Assembly (NCBI GenBank): GCA_002633005.1 | Contig: NMRA01000020.1 | Coordinates: forward strand, 1,397,650-1,461,649 | DNA: 64,000 nt | DNA from: Phoronis australis | Taxonomy: Eukaryota > Animalia > Phoronida | Direction of reading: 5' to 3' | Shown here: piece by piece, positions 61,880 through 64,000 of the stretch | Numbering within the stretch: position 1 is the stretch's first letter | Layout: each line of letters begins with the position of its first letter | The notes under the pieces: generated by a model | The model's database searches: none | The model's input: the letters and a program-made list of their open reading frames with translations, nothing else | Told to the model about the DNA's origin: nothing | Position numbers and translations under genes: made by a program

Positions 61880-62851
61880 GTGAGAATAAACAAAATGAAG
61901 AAACTGAGTTCTTGTAAAGAGATACTTTATGAATTCAACTGCATTGAATGAATGTTAGTATCGTTGGCCAATAACACGCGACACTGTCCATGTAGTCCCC
62001 TGTCAGAGTGTGAAACATGTCTAATACGTTTATGTACTTCCCAGTAAGTTTTGGTGCATAGTGTTAAAATCATTGGGATTGAGTGAGAACTGTGTTGGTG
62101 TGAAAGGCACCTTACAGTTAATGCACTGGTCCATGGATAAGATTTGATTTTTTCTTTTTTGAACTGTGATATTGTGTCTTATTGAGACCTATGAAAGGGT
62201 GGTCAATTGTTCATTGAATTTGGCAGTATTTTAACAAATTTTGTTCATGTGATCACATTACTCATTATATTAATCAAATTGCATGTCACCAATTTGTGTG
62301 AAGTAGTAAAAATATCATGGCATTCAAGTGAACGACCAGTCTCATTTACTGCTAAAGTCATGGGAATCAATGATCTGCCAATTGTCATTTGGTCATAGTT
62401 TGGATCAGTTATTTGTATCTTTCAGTAATTCTCATTTTGTGCTCATAGTGATTTTTGCCTAAAATGGGAGACTTTCAAACATCAGCGTGGCGACTGATCA
62501 CACGGGACCGGATACCAGTGACCTCTAGAGGATGAGAAGGCACTTTGTAACTTGTTTAACCCTCAAAGTGACTCCTGGTGTAGTCATGTGGCGATATGAG
62601 TCACCGGTCCCACCGGTCTCCCATTGGCATGTAGTATGGCATTCATCTCCAATTGAGAATCTGAGCTTGATTGCTTAACTGAAATGCTGTGTTGTGCCAG
62701 GTAGACGAAAGCTAGTATGATCCCGTATTTCGCTTGTAATGCGTGGCGATATCTCGCGAAACCTTGGCTTAAACTTGCATTTTCGTGAGGCTCTGGCGTC
62801 TACAGATTGCAGGCCAGATTGAGTCCAATATGTCTGACATGCTGTTGACAG

Positions 62852-62985
62852 GTTTGGCTTATGATAACCTAATGCTGAAGCACCAGTGTACTTGTGGGAA
62901 CAACTCCAGTCATCCAGAGCATGCTGGCAGATTACAGAGTGTCTGGGCCCGCCTGCAGGAGACAGGATTGACCAATAAGTGTGAG
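62852..62985 (+). CDS. HDAC4: Class IIa HDAC exon: start of deacetylase domain with structural Zn ligands (phase 1-0)
   Basis: gttgacag|GT...GAG|gtaggt. Encodes (G)[44 protein letters not shown], with the class IIa signature KHQCxC...HPEH. Confidence 0.97.
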
Positions 62986-63697
62986 GTAGGTTATGTGCTA
63001 CAATTATATCAACGACGGCAATTTTTTATGGAAGAAATGTGGCCCAGTTGTAGCATGTCTATAGTTTCGTGAACAGGCCAAAAGTTTCTGCCAAGATGGT
63101 GCTAAGTAGCAATGGAATTTTGGGTCTACTAGTGTGAAGTACGCCCCTGTGAGCTTTACATTTTGGATTGGGACTGAATCGTGTGAAAATTAACACTTAT
63201 GAAAGTATTGGCTCGACTGACAATTAGTGCTAATTTTAGTAGTGTAACATTGAATAGGACGTGAACTGTAAGAATTTACAAGATTCTCCCCGATACTTGT
63301 TTCCATTGTTATGGTTTGTGCCACTGGCAGCGTTTGTAACCATTATGTTTGGTGTAAACATCTTGGCCATGTATGCGCATATGATCTGATGGTATTAAGG
63401 AAGTTAGCTGGTGTCTCATGTTAGTTTGTAGTCCTTTACTCACAATAATTTGGTTAAAACCTTACATGAGATTTCGATAGCAAGTTTGCCACCTTGTCAT
63501 TCTGTGTTGTGAGTTGGGCACAAGGTGGCACTTGCGAACAACTGGTGTTTGTGAAGTCCACGCCCTGCATGTGATCTAAGGAAGTGATGGTAATACCTTG
63601 GAAGATGATAACGGCCTCACAATAGGCTACAGAGAATGTTTGTTCGTGAAATCTGTGACCTCGTTACATGTCAGACATGCCCTTGTTTACTTTACAG

Positions 63698-63815
63698 AAA
63701 GTCAAAGTGCGCAAGGCGACTATAGAGGAAATAAAAAGTGTTCACAGCGAATCGTATTCATTACTATATGGAACTAGCTCGCAGAATCGACAAAAGTTGG
63801 ATCCCCAAATATTTG
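63698..63815 (+). CDS. HDAC4: Class IIa HDAC exon, deacetylase domain (phase 0-1); gene continues beyond the window
   Basis: tttacag|AAA...TTTG|gtaagc. Encodes KVKVRKATIEEIKSVHSESYSLLYGTSSQNRQKLDPQIF. Confidence 0.96.
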
Positions 63816-64000
63816 GTAAGCTTGTGTCACATCTCCTAGACAGTTGTATACCTCGCATCACCATTCATGCTCCCTTGTTCACAGTCCTAGTCCATGTGCC
63901 GATACTTTGATTGACTCACAGCAGGTGACTCGACTATTGTCTATAATCGTGTTGATTAGCAATGTTACACGAAGTCAAATGGGCGTTGCCCAACAAAAAT

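Noticed and set aside
63664-63682. p53-like response element (AGACATGCCC) and a similar atgtc(t/a)gacatgc before two consecutive acceptors
   Set aside because: Only one perfect half-site, and the neighbouring CATG is 9 rather than 10 bp away. The resemblance to ~62830 is short and could be chance.
1-64000. Species assignment
   Set aside because: The protein and repeats point to an invertebrate bilaterian, possibly a lophotrochozoan, but this cannot be settled without a database search.

Overview
Animal (invertebrate-type) genomic DNA, AT-rich and intron-rich, with four assembly gaps. The one well-supported gene is a + strand class IIa histone deacetylase (HDAC4/5/7/9 family). I traced 13 consecutive GT-AG exons by hand from 45975 to 63815; their phases agree and they give about 663 codons with no stop. 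They encode the Gln-rich helix, the MEF2-binding motif, three 14-3-3 sites, the NLS region and the start of the deacetylase domain, which runs off the window. No start exon is proven, but three phase-compatible candidates lie upstream. The best one (35227-35272) sits behind a twin MEF2 / E-box / forkhead motif cluster. The first ~45 kb is mostly non-autonomous DNA transposons. These include two families with Helentron-associated (HINE/DINE-like) structure, one carrying ~11 regularly spaced co-oriented CTCF-like motifs per full copy, a three-level nested insertion, and a TA-flanked Tc1/mariner-type element. Best leads: (1) the CTCF-motif array element; (2) a tandem array copied from an HDAC exon end that yields potential in-frame 48-nt micro-exons; (3) the candidate MEF2-feedback promoter. 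All three are sequence-level hypotheses. Almost all ORFs in the supplied track are spurious.
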